From Daphnia carinata (lineage: Eukaryota): a stretch of 64,000 bases of DNA. The notes under the pieces are model-generated. The model saw nothing but the letters and a program-made list of their open reading frames with translations. It was not told where the DNA came from and ran no database searches. The position numbers and the translations under genes are program-made. The stretch is taken from the NCBI RefSeq assembly GCF_022539665.2, contig NC_081333.1, positions 7,564,001 to 7,628,000 on the forward strand. Reading direction: 5' to 3'. Of this stretch, positions 40,256 to 54,167 are shown in pieces; within the stretch, counting starts at the first letter, position 1; every line of letters starts with the position of its first letter.

Positions 40256-42826
40256 ATTCCAAGGAGAGGAAGAGAAATTGTCCGACTTTCGGGAATAACA
40301 ACTCACTAATACTAGTCAATTACGGGAACTTGAAGGTGAAGGTTGTGATTTGTGTATGTCAAAACTGACGTTTCAAATAATCACCACAAGATTACTTTTC
40401 GAAAGACCACATCAACGCCATCTAAGAATCAAAGGTAAACTTAACCTTAATCTTCCATAGATGTCGTTCGCGTACTATTTGTGGAATTTATTTTATTCTA
40501 TTCAAGTTTTTAATCACCGCGGAATCGGGCGCTATATTCCCATTTAAGAGTTGACAACAAAAATCAATAGAAAACCCTCGAGCGATCTAAGCGAACTCAA
40601 TTCAAGGGCAACCATGCACGAAGAAACTCAAGCGATGCGTTTGTCAAATTTTTGAATTTAAGCAGGAAATGTGCTCTTTCCTTTCGCTTCCATCCTGACT
40701 CCGAAGAAACGCAAAGGAAATATTTTGGCACGTATGAAATTGAAACAAGAGATTGTCATTGTCCATGAAAACAATTTCTTCTTGCATGGTAAACACAATG
40801 CCATGTTATTCAATGTGGGTTATTATCATTTTGTGCGTTCGCGTTGTCGTCGCTAGCGCAGCTTCTCCCTCCCCTATTCTCTCCTCAACAACAATAGAAA
40901 CCCGTTAGAGGGCAGCGATGGGCGGATGAGGGGGCACTTCGTCTTTTTCGTTTGGGTTGAGACGGAGTCAATAATCCCCCTGACGGTCTTCGTCAGCTGT
41001 CGGTGCCAGGGAAAGAGAGAATCTCCAGTCACGACTGCGCATGAGCTCACTGACGTCAATAAGGTCTTGCTCTTTCTTGAGCCAAAATGGGGAACCCACA
41101 AAACGCCGTGAATCAAGCGCACCACGAAGCATGATCGTTCGTGAAACAAGGCCTTCCCTTTTTTAAATCCCATATAATCGACAGCTCGAGAAGAAATCGA
41201 TCCGCCCATGACATTAAAGGGAAACCTTCGTGTGTACATACGGAGTAAACCACTTTCCATTTCAATGTGTTGGTCTTTCGCTTTTCTTCGCATAAATTGA
41301 TCCTGTTTTAAATAGCAATTATACATTGCGTGCGAAATCTTGGGTTATGGTAATGGTAAATGGTCACGCAACTGGCGATTAGAAGATCCTTCCAGCGTCG
41401 TACTGCATCTCGTCTTGTACAACAAGGACTAGTATAGACTGTTGCAACACGAGGGTATCCACAGCATTGACTTGACGGGGAGTGTAGCTCCGTCGTCATC
41501 TCTCGTGAGGAGCCGAGACCTCGAACGCACACACGCCGACCGGCATTGGTCTGTGCAAAAGGTTCTCCTACACTCCTGTGCGTCTCTCTAGTACACCGCA
41601 GTGGGAAAAACAAAACTACAACATTACTGTACGCAAAACAACAAACTCCAGAACAAAAAAAAAAAAGAAAGACCCTTTTTTGTGTGTGGAGCCTACCAAA
41701 TTCTAGTGGTTCGTGACTTGAAGGATTTCACGACAGCAATTCGAATAGTTCAAAAGACAGTCTTGGTGGTTTTCGTTCTCTTCACCTCGGCAGGTAAAAA
41801 AAAAAAGTAAATAAATAAATAAATAGGAAAAAAAAGACAAAACTATCTTGTGGTGTTTGGTAATGATGGATCTCTTAGAAAACAAAAGACATTCCAGCAG
41901 CTTCTTAGGTACAAATGTACCCGTAGTCGTTGTGTGGTATTTGAGTAATTTGATATTGTCCTCAACTGAGACCACGTGAATCACAGGTAAAAGAAAAATG
42001 CATATTCAGTAGAAATGTATACTCTCACGATTGTCATTTGCGCAGCTGTACGCGCGTTTTTGATGACACGCACATTCACGATAGAGCGCGTCTGTCTCTG
42101 TTGGAACAATATAAGCGTGCGTATCCAGTTTCATCACTGGTGGCGTTCATATTTTTTTAAATGGGCATTTTTTGGTGACGGCGACGAAAAGACGTTCCTT
42201 TTCCACGTCTCTTTTCTTCTTTTTTTATGATTATTGACACAGCCGAGTGCAGCTGGACTGTATTTTTTTAGGGAAAAGCAAAAGCCTGTGCGCACATATT
42301 TTCCTAATGAATTAGGCTAAAAAAAAAAAGGAATTTATTTTTCTACTGTAGACAAGTTCCAAAAGCGCGGAATTGATACCATCCGGCATTTTAGCCTTTG
42401 ACCGTCAATTGCTTTTCCTCTCTAATCTTCCCATCATTTTTTATTCTCCTTTGTTTTTCAAGGATGAAGATGGACTGAAGATTGACACGAACTGTTTCGT
42501 GATGTGAATTGGTATCGATCCGACCGAGTGCTTCCATACGTGTGTGTATGTGTGTGACGTTTGTTCAACCTCCCCCTCACTCAGCAACAACAAAAACAAC
42601 AACAGCAGCAAAAAAAAATCATTGATTCTGCAGTAGAGGAGAAAAACGCACAACAGGGGAGGGCGAAATTGTTGTGCTCGCGTGTATACCGGGAATTTCC
42701 CCCTCTTCGATCAGCTGATAGTGACGTCATCATCCAAACATCAACAAACACTTGGTCGTGTTGCTCATCGGGATCATTTTTAGTGGCCATCGGCGTCCGT
42801 CAGAGTGTGTCGACTATCTTTTGCGA

Positions 42827-45800
42827 ATGAGTGGATACGGCGTGATTCTGAACGGCGGAACGGCCGAGAATTTCTCTTTAGGCACAGTGGAAGGTCATCA
42901 GGATTCAGCGGGAGTGACATACGATGAATGGGAACCGGAGGATTTGGTGGCCACCGTACAGTTCTTGGCAACATTGGACGACCGGCTGCCGCACAGTGCG
43001 TACGTTATCCCCAGCAACAGCGCCGAAGAAGCCGAGGGCCTCGTCGTGCTTTCACCCTTCTGTAATAACAATTCGACAGCAGTAGAGGAAGATGACGAAG
43101 CAGATGTAAATCTCGTTGGAACGATGAATACGACGTCCTCTTCCGTCGAGGAGGCCAACGAACCTTTGCTTTCCAGCACCACCCTCCTGGGCGATGCTTC
43201 CGCTCCCTCCGCTGCGTTGAGCGACATCACCGCAGAGGAGAATTCCGTTTCTTCTGCCGCCCAGACTCCTTCCTCCATAGAGGAAAGATCAATCATCCGG
43301 ACCTCCAACAAGCCAACCCATCTGAAAAGGTATGGAGTTGAAGAAACTTAACCTATATTAGAAAGCGTATACCACGCATCCACTTCTTTCAAATGCCCCA
43401 TTGACTATCCATAACGAATTTTCGTGTTTCTATTCTAAACAGCTATTGACCGATTTTCTTTTACTCCGTGCACTCACGAGTAACTATCCCCCGTAAGCAA
43501 AGTTTGAGTTGCTGCCTTTCTCCCGTTCTTGCTTATTCCGAAGACTCACGAAATCTTTATCAAACCAGGAAAATCAGGTTTTGTTTTTGTTGTTATTTTC
43601 TGAAAAAGACAACAGTGAACAAGATTCTGTATTCACATGCCATGGTGGATGTACACATGCGAAACTGTTTAAGGAAAAAAAAGGGGGGGGGGGGAGAAAG
43701 AGAGCGTCTCAATTTGGAACACGTGCTAGAGGGGGCGACGTTCCAGCTGAACTCATTTGTTCCGGACGCGAAAGAGAAAGCCGAAAATACGGAAAGGCAA
43801 AAAGCCCGTGTTCTGTACGCGTATCTAGATAGGACTGTTTACGGACACGCATACGCGTATCGCCTCAAAGCAGTTTATATACATTGACATGGTCGTTGAT
43901 GAGCTTAAGAACGATCGGCATCACACAGTATGTTCAATCCGGTACAATAAACTTTCCAAACGTATCGAGGAATGTCGAACAGGCTCCATTAACGTGAGGA
44001 TTAAACTCGTCATCGAGGGTGTAAATATCGATTCGTTCGGCTTTGACAGATACCTTACGTCTATATGTATTTTAACACGCATGTCGAGAAGCCATTTATC
44101 TGTTCATCGTTATACGCACGTTGATCTCATCAGTAGGGACATGTCAGTAGTGGCTCACATTTGCGAAGAGGTGGTCCGTGTTCTCTGTTTGCAGTGTTAT
44201 TGCCTGGTGCGGATGTGCGCAGTAGACAGTGTTGCCCTTCGTCAGCCTCTCACCTTCGCAATACTCTTTTGGATGTTTTATTTCTTCAAATTAGAAGCGA
44301 CGCGTTTGCTCACATCGAACCGAACATGAAGGAAAAGAAATTTCTGCATAGGTAAACTGGAATGTAACGACGCCGATGACTTGCTCATCCGTCAACTGTT
44401 GTGTACATGTCAGATGGTAGGGTGGGGAGAAAAAGACCAGAATAACGGAGGGAAACATGGCAGACGTAGAAAGTGGAATAAGAAAATAGCTAGATTCGAG
44501 TTGAAAAGACGAATACCCATTCAGGAGGGAACAAGTAGCAAAGTAGAAGGAGCGTCACACAATATAGAACCCTCCCAAGCGCACACAACTCTCTCATATT
44601 GCAAAGAGTGTGACAACGGAGAGGAAGAAAAAAAAACTGGTAGGGGGTTGTTGATTTATCTATTCTTATACACAATCGTTTCGGTAGGGGTGTGTCTGTG
44701 TGCAGCAGGCCGGCTATATAAGAAACGAGAAAAGGGGGGTGGGAGGGCATAGGAGACACAAGAGAGAAATGCTGCAGCGAATCATTGGCACGGAAAGAAA
44801 GGCGCAGGGGGAACTGTTTTGGACGTCGCTACGTCAGATGGACGGACGGGCAATTTCTGAAACTGCGTACATGTACTATTCTACTTCCATCTGGTTTCCC
44901 CAGCGAAAGGGGAAAGGCAAAAGGGAAAGGAACATCATATCGATTTCACACGCCTGCTGGCCCGAATTCATTACCGTTTCAATTTTGATAACCAGCCAAT
45001 GATTTGCGTGTTAAATAGCTGTCAAAATTTCGGCAACACGTTTTTTGCCTTTTTTTCACCTGCATCAAAACTCCCACACACAATGTAAACGCACTCGCCT
45101 GACTGGGAATTGATTGTGACGAACGGCGCTTGTAGTTCTTCGTCGATATTAATTTTTTTATAGGTAATCCAGGCATGACAATCCTATTATTTAGTGGAGA
45201 GGATTCTGCTTTTTCCGTTTCTTTCGGCGGCTGCGTTTATTATCAAATTAAAATAGCAAAGGCTATGATTTATGACCCGTGTTTTTGTTAGATGCCCCCA
45301 TGCACGTGCATCGATCGATCGATCGCAAGGCCGACACAAGAAGAAATACTATAGAAGACGGGCAGGAAAACACGATAAGTTTGTTTTTTGGTTATGGGAA
45401 CAGCGTGAAACCAGAGACGGCTCTGTACCTCGCTCACTTTGCCATGCTCATGTCTGTTATCATCGGCATCAGTCGACAGGAATGTATTGCTATAATTATA
45501 TAAGATCCTTCTTAAATGCTTGGATTGACGCCTGCTGGTAGATTGTGAGGGCAAAGCGACACTTAAGCGACACAACAAAGCATCTCGAGCACACTTGGCT
45601 TATAAAGAGGAATCGATGACAACACAATCCCCGAGTGGAGCAAAGACGACAAGAGGAAGCGGAGAGGGTGTCAAGTTGGTTTGAAAATTTCCGACCAAGC
45701 CCTTCCCGTTCCAACGAAAAAGAAGCTCTGCTCTTTTTATTTTTTTGTGTTCACAAGTTTATAATTAGAATTTTTTGGCTCTCTCGTTCGTTTCAGTTTT

Positions 45801-48800
45801 TTCTCTCCTTTCATTTTCCTCTTTTTTTCCCGTTGGCGTCCCAGCAAACGTGTGATGTGAAAACCATTTGAATGGCCTCCAGCCACAGGGGCCTACAGCC
45901 AAGCAGCAGCAACATGCATCAGAGTCTGTGTAGATGAAGGTCGCGTGCGCAGCAGCAAAGCTTTTTAAATAGTGTCGGGTAGGCGCCCGTCGTTATATAT
46001 CCCCGACATTAAATACCGATCCTGGTGAAAAGAAATGAGAAAAAAAATGAGAGAAAAGGAAAGCTCCCTGTCCACCTGCCCATCGATCATACAACTCCTG
46101 AAAGGGGGGTTTTTAATTGTCTTTTCGGGTTGAATGCTATTCACAAATGTATAGATACACATCATTATGCCTGGTATCTAATGTATCCCACAGAGGCCAC
46201 AGGGATCAGGGAAAAATTTTATTCAGATATATTTGATTGCCATCCTATTAACATAAGCATGAAAGCACCCTGTAAGAAAAACAAAGAATTTCTTTCCTTT
46301 TTTTTTTTCCTTTATTAAATCATAGGCCGCATTTTCGGGTTGTTGTATCTGGCCCTTTGATGGAAGAGCAGGGGAATCAACTATTCCAGCTATTCGTTTA
46401 GGCCTGTATGTATATAGTACAGTACAAATATACCACCAACTGTTTCCATTCTCAAGTATCCATCATCTAGAAAAAACATTGGAACGGATCAAGTTTTCCG
46501 CGTGTGCGTTTGCGTACCAACAGCGCACTCGTACACGATCTATAATAGAAGTGCGTTCGGTGTACGTTGGCGGCCGTCTATATAGTATTACATAGTTTTT
46601 TTTTAAATATACATAAGCATGCAAGGTTAATCTATCATAGAAAAAAAAAGTATGACTTTATATCCTGATCATTCTTTTTTCGGTTGCTGTTCGGATGTTG
46701 TTATGTGCACTAGTTCCAAAATATCTTCCTGTCAGGTTAGGGAAAAAAATGGCGTGCCTACGTACACCGACAATTAAAGGCGTGATATGTTTAAACTTCC
46801 TGGATGACCTCACGAGCTTGTTTGGGAACACCGCCCACCATTTCCCAATTTTTCTCTTTTTCCCATTTTCTTTGTTGATTTAATAATGTTGGAAAAGCTA
46901 AGGTAATGTTTGCCCTCTCCATAAATGTTACATTCTGCGTCGTAATTTTTGAACAAAAAATACAACCATATCATGCTGACTTTCATTCGCGGGAACGTAT
47001 GGACGATGCGTGTCGAAAGATGATGAAAGGCCACAAGAAAATATGTCTTGTTCATCGTCCGTGTGGGGAAGGCGGAGAGAATGACTTGACTGTTCAAAAC
47101 AAAGAATGGCATACAACAAAATGCAATTTTTATTTTTTCATTTATTAATAAAGAGAATTTTTCGTACTAGATTATTCTCATTTACGCAATAAGTTGTTGA
47201 AAAATAATCAGTGCGTAACGTTCAAGAATATCGATTCCGTACCAACGAGTCATTTTATTCTTCTCTATTTTTTTTCTGTGAAAAATGACTGGTCCTGTTA
47301 TTTCTTGCTTTGAATTAATGAAGTTGAATTGAATGTCCAATTGCTCCAGTTTTACTGTTTTGGCAGTTCCCCATTTAAAGGGAAATTGAGATTTCAAGTC
47401 CTTGTCCTCGTTGTTGGTGGCAATGATGTGTTTATTGCTTGAAAGAAAATACAAGCCTTATTGATCCAACTTATAAATTATCGATTGTTGAATACAGGGT
47501 TTCGTTTGGAAGCACAAAAGGATCGATGGTAGAAACGCTGATCTACGAGAGTCCACAAACAGAGGAGGGACCCTCTGCGACGTCAGCCGGTTGGAGTAAA
47601 ACCAACATAAGCAAGGGCAAGAATTTGCGATCAGTCATTGGTGCTGTGCCTGAATCTCTACCGGAAGAGACTGTCGCATTACTCAGGTAAATCTCATCGA
47701 ATTGTTTTTTACAACTCTATTGAGTATGGGTGGCTAGTAGTTGGCGTGAACGCTTTGTAAACTATAGGCACGAAACTGGAATCAGTCAACCGCCCGTCTG
47801 CGTTGGTACTTCACGTGGCGAAGTGCGATCGATTTTTAGACACGGAACTCCGCTGACATTTATATCCATCGGTCTATGCCACCTTTTATGTCGGCTGAGG
47901 TCGTTCACAAAACAGCTTTTTTGAGAGGAAATGACGCGTTGTGGCTCTATGCTATAAATGCAACAGATTGCAAATTCCTGAAAACGCCCCTCTCTGTCAT
48001 TTTAATAGCTAGGCTCTATAGGCTTATTGATCAGGCGGTTTTTGTTTTTATTTTCTGCGCATGAATCCATATCCCTATCCCTGAAGCTTGCATTATTATT
48101 TATTTTCCCATCATTAGGGCAATCAGGAAAATCCAATAGTTCTTTACACAACCACTAGGTGGCAGTTTGCGCTTGACGAAAGTATAAATTACAAAGAAGA
48201 GAGCTTTTCATTAGCGCTAAATGTACAAGTTAGATGGGACAATAAAAACGAAACTTAAGAACCCGATCTAATAAAATGGGAAGATATATTTTTTGCGTTA
48301 ATTTCTCCCTAGAGAAACCACTGTTCGTCGATGCTTTTTCGCTGTCAAGAAAACACTTGTTCCCATCCGACAACGCTGTATACCAATACCCTATAGTGAC
48401 ATTATTTATTCTTTTTTCCCTCTCTTTCGTCGTCGGCTCTTTTTTTTCTGTACGTGGCTTAACAGACACAAAGTTGCACCAAAGCCGACACCGTTCAAGT
48501 TTAAACGGGCACCACCTCAACCACTTGAATCATTTACCGGTAAGAAAACGTACCAATTTTTCATCCCGCATCCATTGGAACTGCTCCCTTTTCCTCTAAC
48601 TAGGCTCAGGTCGGTTGTTTATATATACAGGGGCCCCACCCATGTCCGGGCGTCTGTAAACAACACAATAAGGGCCGGCAACCAATCTGTTCGCAGTCAT
48701 CTACAAGTTGCTCTATTTAAAATGGTTTAAAACAGTTCTTTCCCACTTCACTCACTAATAGAGGTGAAAAGATAATGCTTCTTTGCCAGCTTCTTATCTG

Positions 48801-50997
48801 CAACTTTCAGTCATGCCGTTACTTTCTCTTTGGTTACACTGCCAGGAGAAGCCATGTAAGATTTGTTGGCTTTGCACTCTTTCGTTCGTATGTAGCTATC
48901 CTAGGATCAATGTGATTATGATGTCATGGCACATTGTGGATGTCTTTGCATACCGAAGGAGATAGGTTTTTGATTGTTCTGTGGTTTTACGACACCTCTT
49001 CCTGTTTTATGTCATGGTTATTGGGGAGCATCAAGGTGGCAAATGGCCAGTTCCCGAAAGTCTATTTCCAGGTTACCCACTGTGCTACCTTTTAATTAAA
49101 TGAGGAGGCATGTAGATGTAGTATTTGTTTCCTGGATCAGATTTGGCGAATTCACCAATTTTTTATTTATGAAACTTTCACCAAGAGCCAAGGGTGATAA
49201 CTCGAAAGCCATCGGTCAAACGATTTTTAGGACAGCGAAGTCGATTAGGGTTGTCAGCATTATATGGAAATTCCGTTACCTCCGCGAATGCGAAACCTTA
49301 AGAAGCAATCCCATTAGTTAGGGAATCCAAAACCAGAGCCGTCGTCACAGCTGGTCGGCGTTGTTCAAACAACAACCTTCATGAAGATCTGTTGGATCTT
49401 TTGTTTTCTCTCTGTCGGAGCAAAGTATTTCATCGAGATTTTGGAGGAATTCCAAGAATGTGTACGCGTTGCGGCGCCCACGTTTTGCCTTGATTTTTGG
49501 TATGATCGGCTACGTCGTCGTGAGTTGCTGGCTCGTTGCTTTCGGTCAAGTGTACTCTGGCCGCAACCTGGCACAGTTGAGCGCCGTTTATAAATAGACG
49601 GAAGCCCCGAATGATATCCGCTCGCAAGCGCGTGCTCGAAGGAAATCACGGGCATCATCACTGTCCGCAACACAACGTTCAGAAAACAGAAAATAAAACC
49701 TGTTTTCTGCACGGAAAGCTTTAAGTTCATTGTATTTTTTTTTTGGTTTTATTTTTTGTTTTTCCATTTAAATGTTTTTTGAAGGATGTCATTCTGGCAA
49801 TGGCCTGACCTCTTTTTTTGCTCCTGGGTATTTCCGCCATCAGCTGCTTATTTTTCATTCTTTTAACTGGCTTAAAAACCCGCGAACGTGATGTCGTACT
49901 GCACCGTCATCAGCAAGTCTAATATTGTAGAGGTTACCCCCGGAGGCGAAAAAGAAAGGAAGAGATAGTTTGGATCCAGCGCATCCCTCAGCCGTCGTGG
50001 TTGTTGTTTGTTGTCGATTGTCCGCACGCATTCACCATTCGACCTCGTCGGAGTTTTTTGAGGCTATTCGCTTGCCTCCTCCTCTTCGTCCTCCCGCTTT
50101 CTTTCCGTGCAAAGGCTCATACCTCCGCCAGCTGCGAACACTGGCGGAGGCTGAGAACAAAAGCTGGCGGCGAACGACGATGTTGTTGCTTGCCTTCTCT
50201 TTAAAGTGGTCGACCTTGGCATCGAATTGGTGAAAGTGAACGTCAAAACACTCCCGAAATCGTCTCCGTGATTTTCGCTCTTCGTGACAGTGGCAAATAA
50301 AAAGCGAATTTCTTGTTGTCATGGAGACTACTAGTTACCAAACGAGTCCGCCTTTAAAGTAAGCACTTCATGGGTCTGTGTCTATGTTGTGTGCCTTTCA
50401 TGGGCAAAGGAAAAAAAAACGAACGAGAAAGGGAGGGGCATTTGAACGACTCTGTTTCGTGACACGATGGATGAGTCTGATTGGCCATTTTTGTTGATTG
50501 ACACAACCATCACGTACATAGGATGTAACAATCTAAACGATATTTAATCTTTTTTCTTTGTCTGTTTATGAGCAGTGAATCGTCTCGGTCGGCCTCCAAA
50601 GTCCGAGTTACGTACTTTGAATCTAAACGACCCCTGACGCTACCATCGCCGGAAGCGTCGGATGCGGAGTGGGACGACATGGCCGAACCACCGCCGCAGC
50701 AACAACAACTCAATTACACCCGACAACCCAGGTATGTATTAAGAAACAATCAACTTATTTGATGATAGCTAATAAATCACTCGGCCATCAAAAGGAGCTT
50801 CTTGCCGCCGGTCATCGATCAATTTCAAATTCACGCATTAGTTTGAACTTTGATTACATTAGTCTCTTCGTATTTTCGTTAGCTTAATAGGGAAGTTGTT
50901 TTCATAAACGTATCCCGGAATAGCCTCCATCCGCGTTGTTTTTTGATTCAACAAATGCTTCCGTCACTCACACAAACACACACCGGGGAAACTTGGC

Positions 50998-51029
<32 letters not shown>

Positions 51030-52489
51030 GTAAGGTGTGTCGTGATCGACGAGAGGAGAGAGGAAGGGAGGAACAGGGCAGGGCAGTCAGAGCTGCTGCT
51101 ACCAGCCAGACAGTCTACAACTCACGCGGTTGCCGACGAGACGTTGGCGCACGCGTCCTTATCTTGTACCCCTTTTTATTTTGGACATTTGGTTTAGACG
51201 AAAATTTCTCCTTCTATTTCTGTATTTAAAATTGGTACACTACCAAAGTGATTTTTTCGAGTGGATTATACGTATATCCGGGACCCTTTACTCGTCTTCT
51301 TCTTTTACTACTCTGTTGTTGTATACGAGTGTTTGGGTACTTGAAACGGGGTCCCTTCGTTTTTGCCTCAGCAAAAATCTTGGTCGCCGTCGATGGGTGG
51401 GTCGCCAGTTGGGTTCTGAACGCGTAGTTTCCCTGAGGGCAGTTTATATTTAGACGATTACGCCATCGTCTTCTTTGGAGGCGTCGGGAGTGCCCGCTGT
51501 GCATATGACAGTCGTCATATAGCTGCTAGTGTAAAAAGCCGACCGTGAACGTTTCACTGTGATTGATCGAATGAGTGCTACCCTGACAACCGAGACGCAC
51601 AAATGCCGGCCATGAACCGATCCCACGGAGGCAGACTTTATTACGTACTGCGTCTTCCCGATGGTAGCAGGTATAGATTGAGCTAGGCTCAAAACTTCAT
51701 TCCGTTTTACGTGACGCTTTAACGTGTTCCGATGAAACAGCTTAAAGCGAGCTACGTTTTATTTCTTGTAACGATAGCGTCGTGGTTTTAAATTGTTTTC
51801 TTTGGCTTGATGACATCGTATAAAAAGGCCATCTGTCAATTCCAATGGATTGGAATAGATTTGGTCTTGTTGTCTGGTTCCTGTTTAGTGGACCAGCCAA
51901 CACTCTGTTTTTATTTGCTAGTTAGAAATCAATCTAGTGGAAATGGAATGAATGAATGAAACCATTACAGGACCCATAGTGGTTGAAAATGTATGAACAG
52001 AAATTTCACATGCCTTGTGTTCTTGTTTGTTTGTTTTCCCTTTTATTACGCAGCACGGAATCGGGACAGGACAATCCATTCCGGCCGGATGGCGATCTAA
52101 GTCGCGAAGCGGACGAGCTCGTAGAACTGCTGAAAGGCGGGCGGGTTTCCATCTCTGAAGTGCTGAAAAATAAAGATGGCAGCCATCAGCCAGAACCGAC
52201 CTTTATTGACGAACAACAGCCGACTTCTGAAGAGGCTGTCCAGGTGAGCGGATCACCAGCACCACGGAATACGTCTACTCCTTCATCTCCGGCCAGCAAA
52301 GCTGAGTCTCCAGACGGCGGAAGAATCAACGGCAATTTAACCGAACAGGAGAAGAAGGCTGCAGAGGCGGCCGAAGGCGGTGCGGTCGAAGTCCAGCGTG
52401 GAGTTGTGGCTCCCGTAACCGGCGAGAGTCAAGTCGAACACGTTGTGATCAAGAAGAAATCCAAGTGTCAGTGTTGCGTCATTCAGTGA
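42827..52489 (+). CDS. Uncharacterised acidic, probably disordered protein with a C-terminal polybasic/CaaX membrane anchor. Long isoform ~427 aa, exons 42827-43329, 47498-47686, 50576-50731, 52054-52489.
   Basis: Four exons all linked by phase-2 introns with good sites: donors AG|gtatgg, AG|gtaaat, AG|gtatgt; acceptors tacag|, gcag|, tacgcag|. Total 1284 nt, in frame. Motif-like islands: KRVSFGSTKGSMVETLIYESP, KVRVTYFES, DNPFRPDGDLSREADELVELLKGG, and C-terminus VEHVVIKKKSKCQCCVIQ*. Confidence 0.8.
50321..50358 (+). CDS. Putative alternative first coding exon (METTSYQTSPPL) of the CaaX gene, splicing to 50576.
   Basis: ATG in a gtcATGg context at 50321. It reads open to a strong donor AA|GTAAGC at 50359 in phase 2, matching the 50576 acceptor. 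Predicted isoform ~209 aa. Confidence 0.55.
51603..51670 (+). CDS. Putative alternative first coding exon (MPAMNRSHGGRLYYVLRLPDGS) of the CaaX gene, splicing to 52054.
   Basis: First ATG after an in-frame stop at 51564. Open to the donor CAG|GTATAG at 51671 in phase 2, matching the terminal exon acceptor. Predicted isoform ~167 aa. Confidence 0.45.
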
Positions 52490-54167
52490 TGATCACCGAT
52501 GTTCTGTGCTGATAAACTGCCGCGGCCGTCTCTCCTATCGCCGCATCAGTTGGACTCTTTTTCTTGTTTGATTTTCCTTTTTTTTTTTATCTTTTTTTTT
52601 TCCTGCCTCTCAAGACTTCTGACGCGGTTGACGCCCAATTATAGGATGTGAAGACGCCCTCTCTCCTGTTCTGTCTGTCTTCTAGATCCATAATATTCTG
52701 TTTTATTATTTATTATTATTATTATTTTTTTTTTTGTATTTTTTTTTCCAATGGCGGATTCGAGACAGTTACTAATTGTATCCTATGGTGACTAGACTAC
52801 CATAGCTTTTACCCATAACCAATTCCTGTTCCGGAATATCTTTTTTTGACTGAAAGTCGTAAGAAGGGTGGAGGGAAGGGAGGAAAAGGAAGAGAAGACA
52901 AGTTCCGCTGTATTTTTGTTTCATCATGCGAGTGAACAAATTTATTGATTTCCTTTATATCGGGAAGAAATATCGAGATTCCTCCCCATATATTTGCTAA
53001 TGGTTCACGCAACCGTACGGTACTCTTTCGCTCCTAATCTTTGTTTAACCTTGGTCCCGCAATAACCTCTACTACTCGCAAATCCTTCGATCCAACAACT
53101 GCTACCATGCTCTATTCACACGTGTAACCTGTGGTACATATAACTCAACATGCAGTTGTTCGTGCGCAAGAAGGGAAGGAGATTTTCAGGAGAGGAAAAC
53201 GCAAAATGAAGAAAAAGCTTGGCCATTGGATTTTGACGACAACAAAAAAATGTGACGGGGTTTTAACAACATGTACGACGTCCTAAATATATCGGTGTAT
53301 GATGTACATATGTTTTCGTCTGCGTGTATTCCGGTCCTTTTTTTTACTATTTTTATTACTATTATTTTTATCTTCTGCGTTTACTGTGAGGGAGTGGGAG
53401 GAGTAAGTTGTCCAATTATGGAAATCTTTGGGATTATTGCTTCTGTCGCTGCTTAATATTATTTCTATATTTAATCGTTGTATTGTAGGTTCATAAAGAT
53501 ATCCTGCTGCTTTCTCCGTTAGGTTGAACGGGCTTTAATTATGACGACGCACACACGATATTGTTCAGAGACGTTTCATCTTTCCCCAGATCTTTGAACA
53601 CTATTCAAAGGTGGGGAACAAGGTGCTGTCTCTACCCTCTTCCTTCCCCATTATTTGGATATCCATTGGCCAATTTGTGTAGACCGTGTCAACGCCAGAT
53701 GACTTTTAGTAAAAAGATGTCGCCGTCTCGACCACGATTCCATTTCAAAAAAAAGAGAAAAAAAAATGCGAAACAAGAAAACCACAGCCGAACGAAAAAG
53801 ATGCGAATCTTACTCGTGTTCCGACTTTGTCGTCTTACCCTTGTCCTGTATGTAAACACATTGAAAATTGCAGCCTTTTCCCCACGTATTCTCTCGCTCT
53901 GATCCCCTCTTCTCTTTCCCTACCCACCGACGCCAGAAGCAAAGAAACAACTAAAAATGAGTATGGAAAGAAGTGAATATATTCAACGTGAAACAAAAAA
54001 GGCCACTTGTATCTTCATTCAAAATCATAGACGTGCCAATTGCCATTACTGTCAAATACTTGAAAAATGGTTGCTTAAGGTAAAAGAATGTAAAACTTGT
54101 TGGCCTAATCTAAGTTGGAAAAATGAACTAATTGTAGAAAGTTAAAAGACTTAAATGCAAACAAATT

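Noticed and set aside
40874..41326. 150-aa minus-strand ORF upstream of the Schlafen-like gene
   Set aside because: No recognisable domain or compatible splice structure, and the Schlafen model already has its own ATG exon.
42898..43311. Antisense 137-aa ORF opposite exon 1 of the CaaX gene
   Set aside because: Codon-mirror artefact; the plus-strand frame splices coherently to downstream exons.
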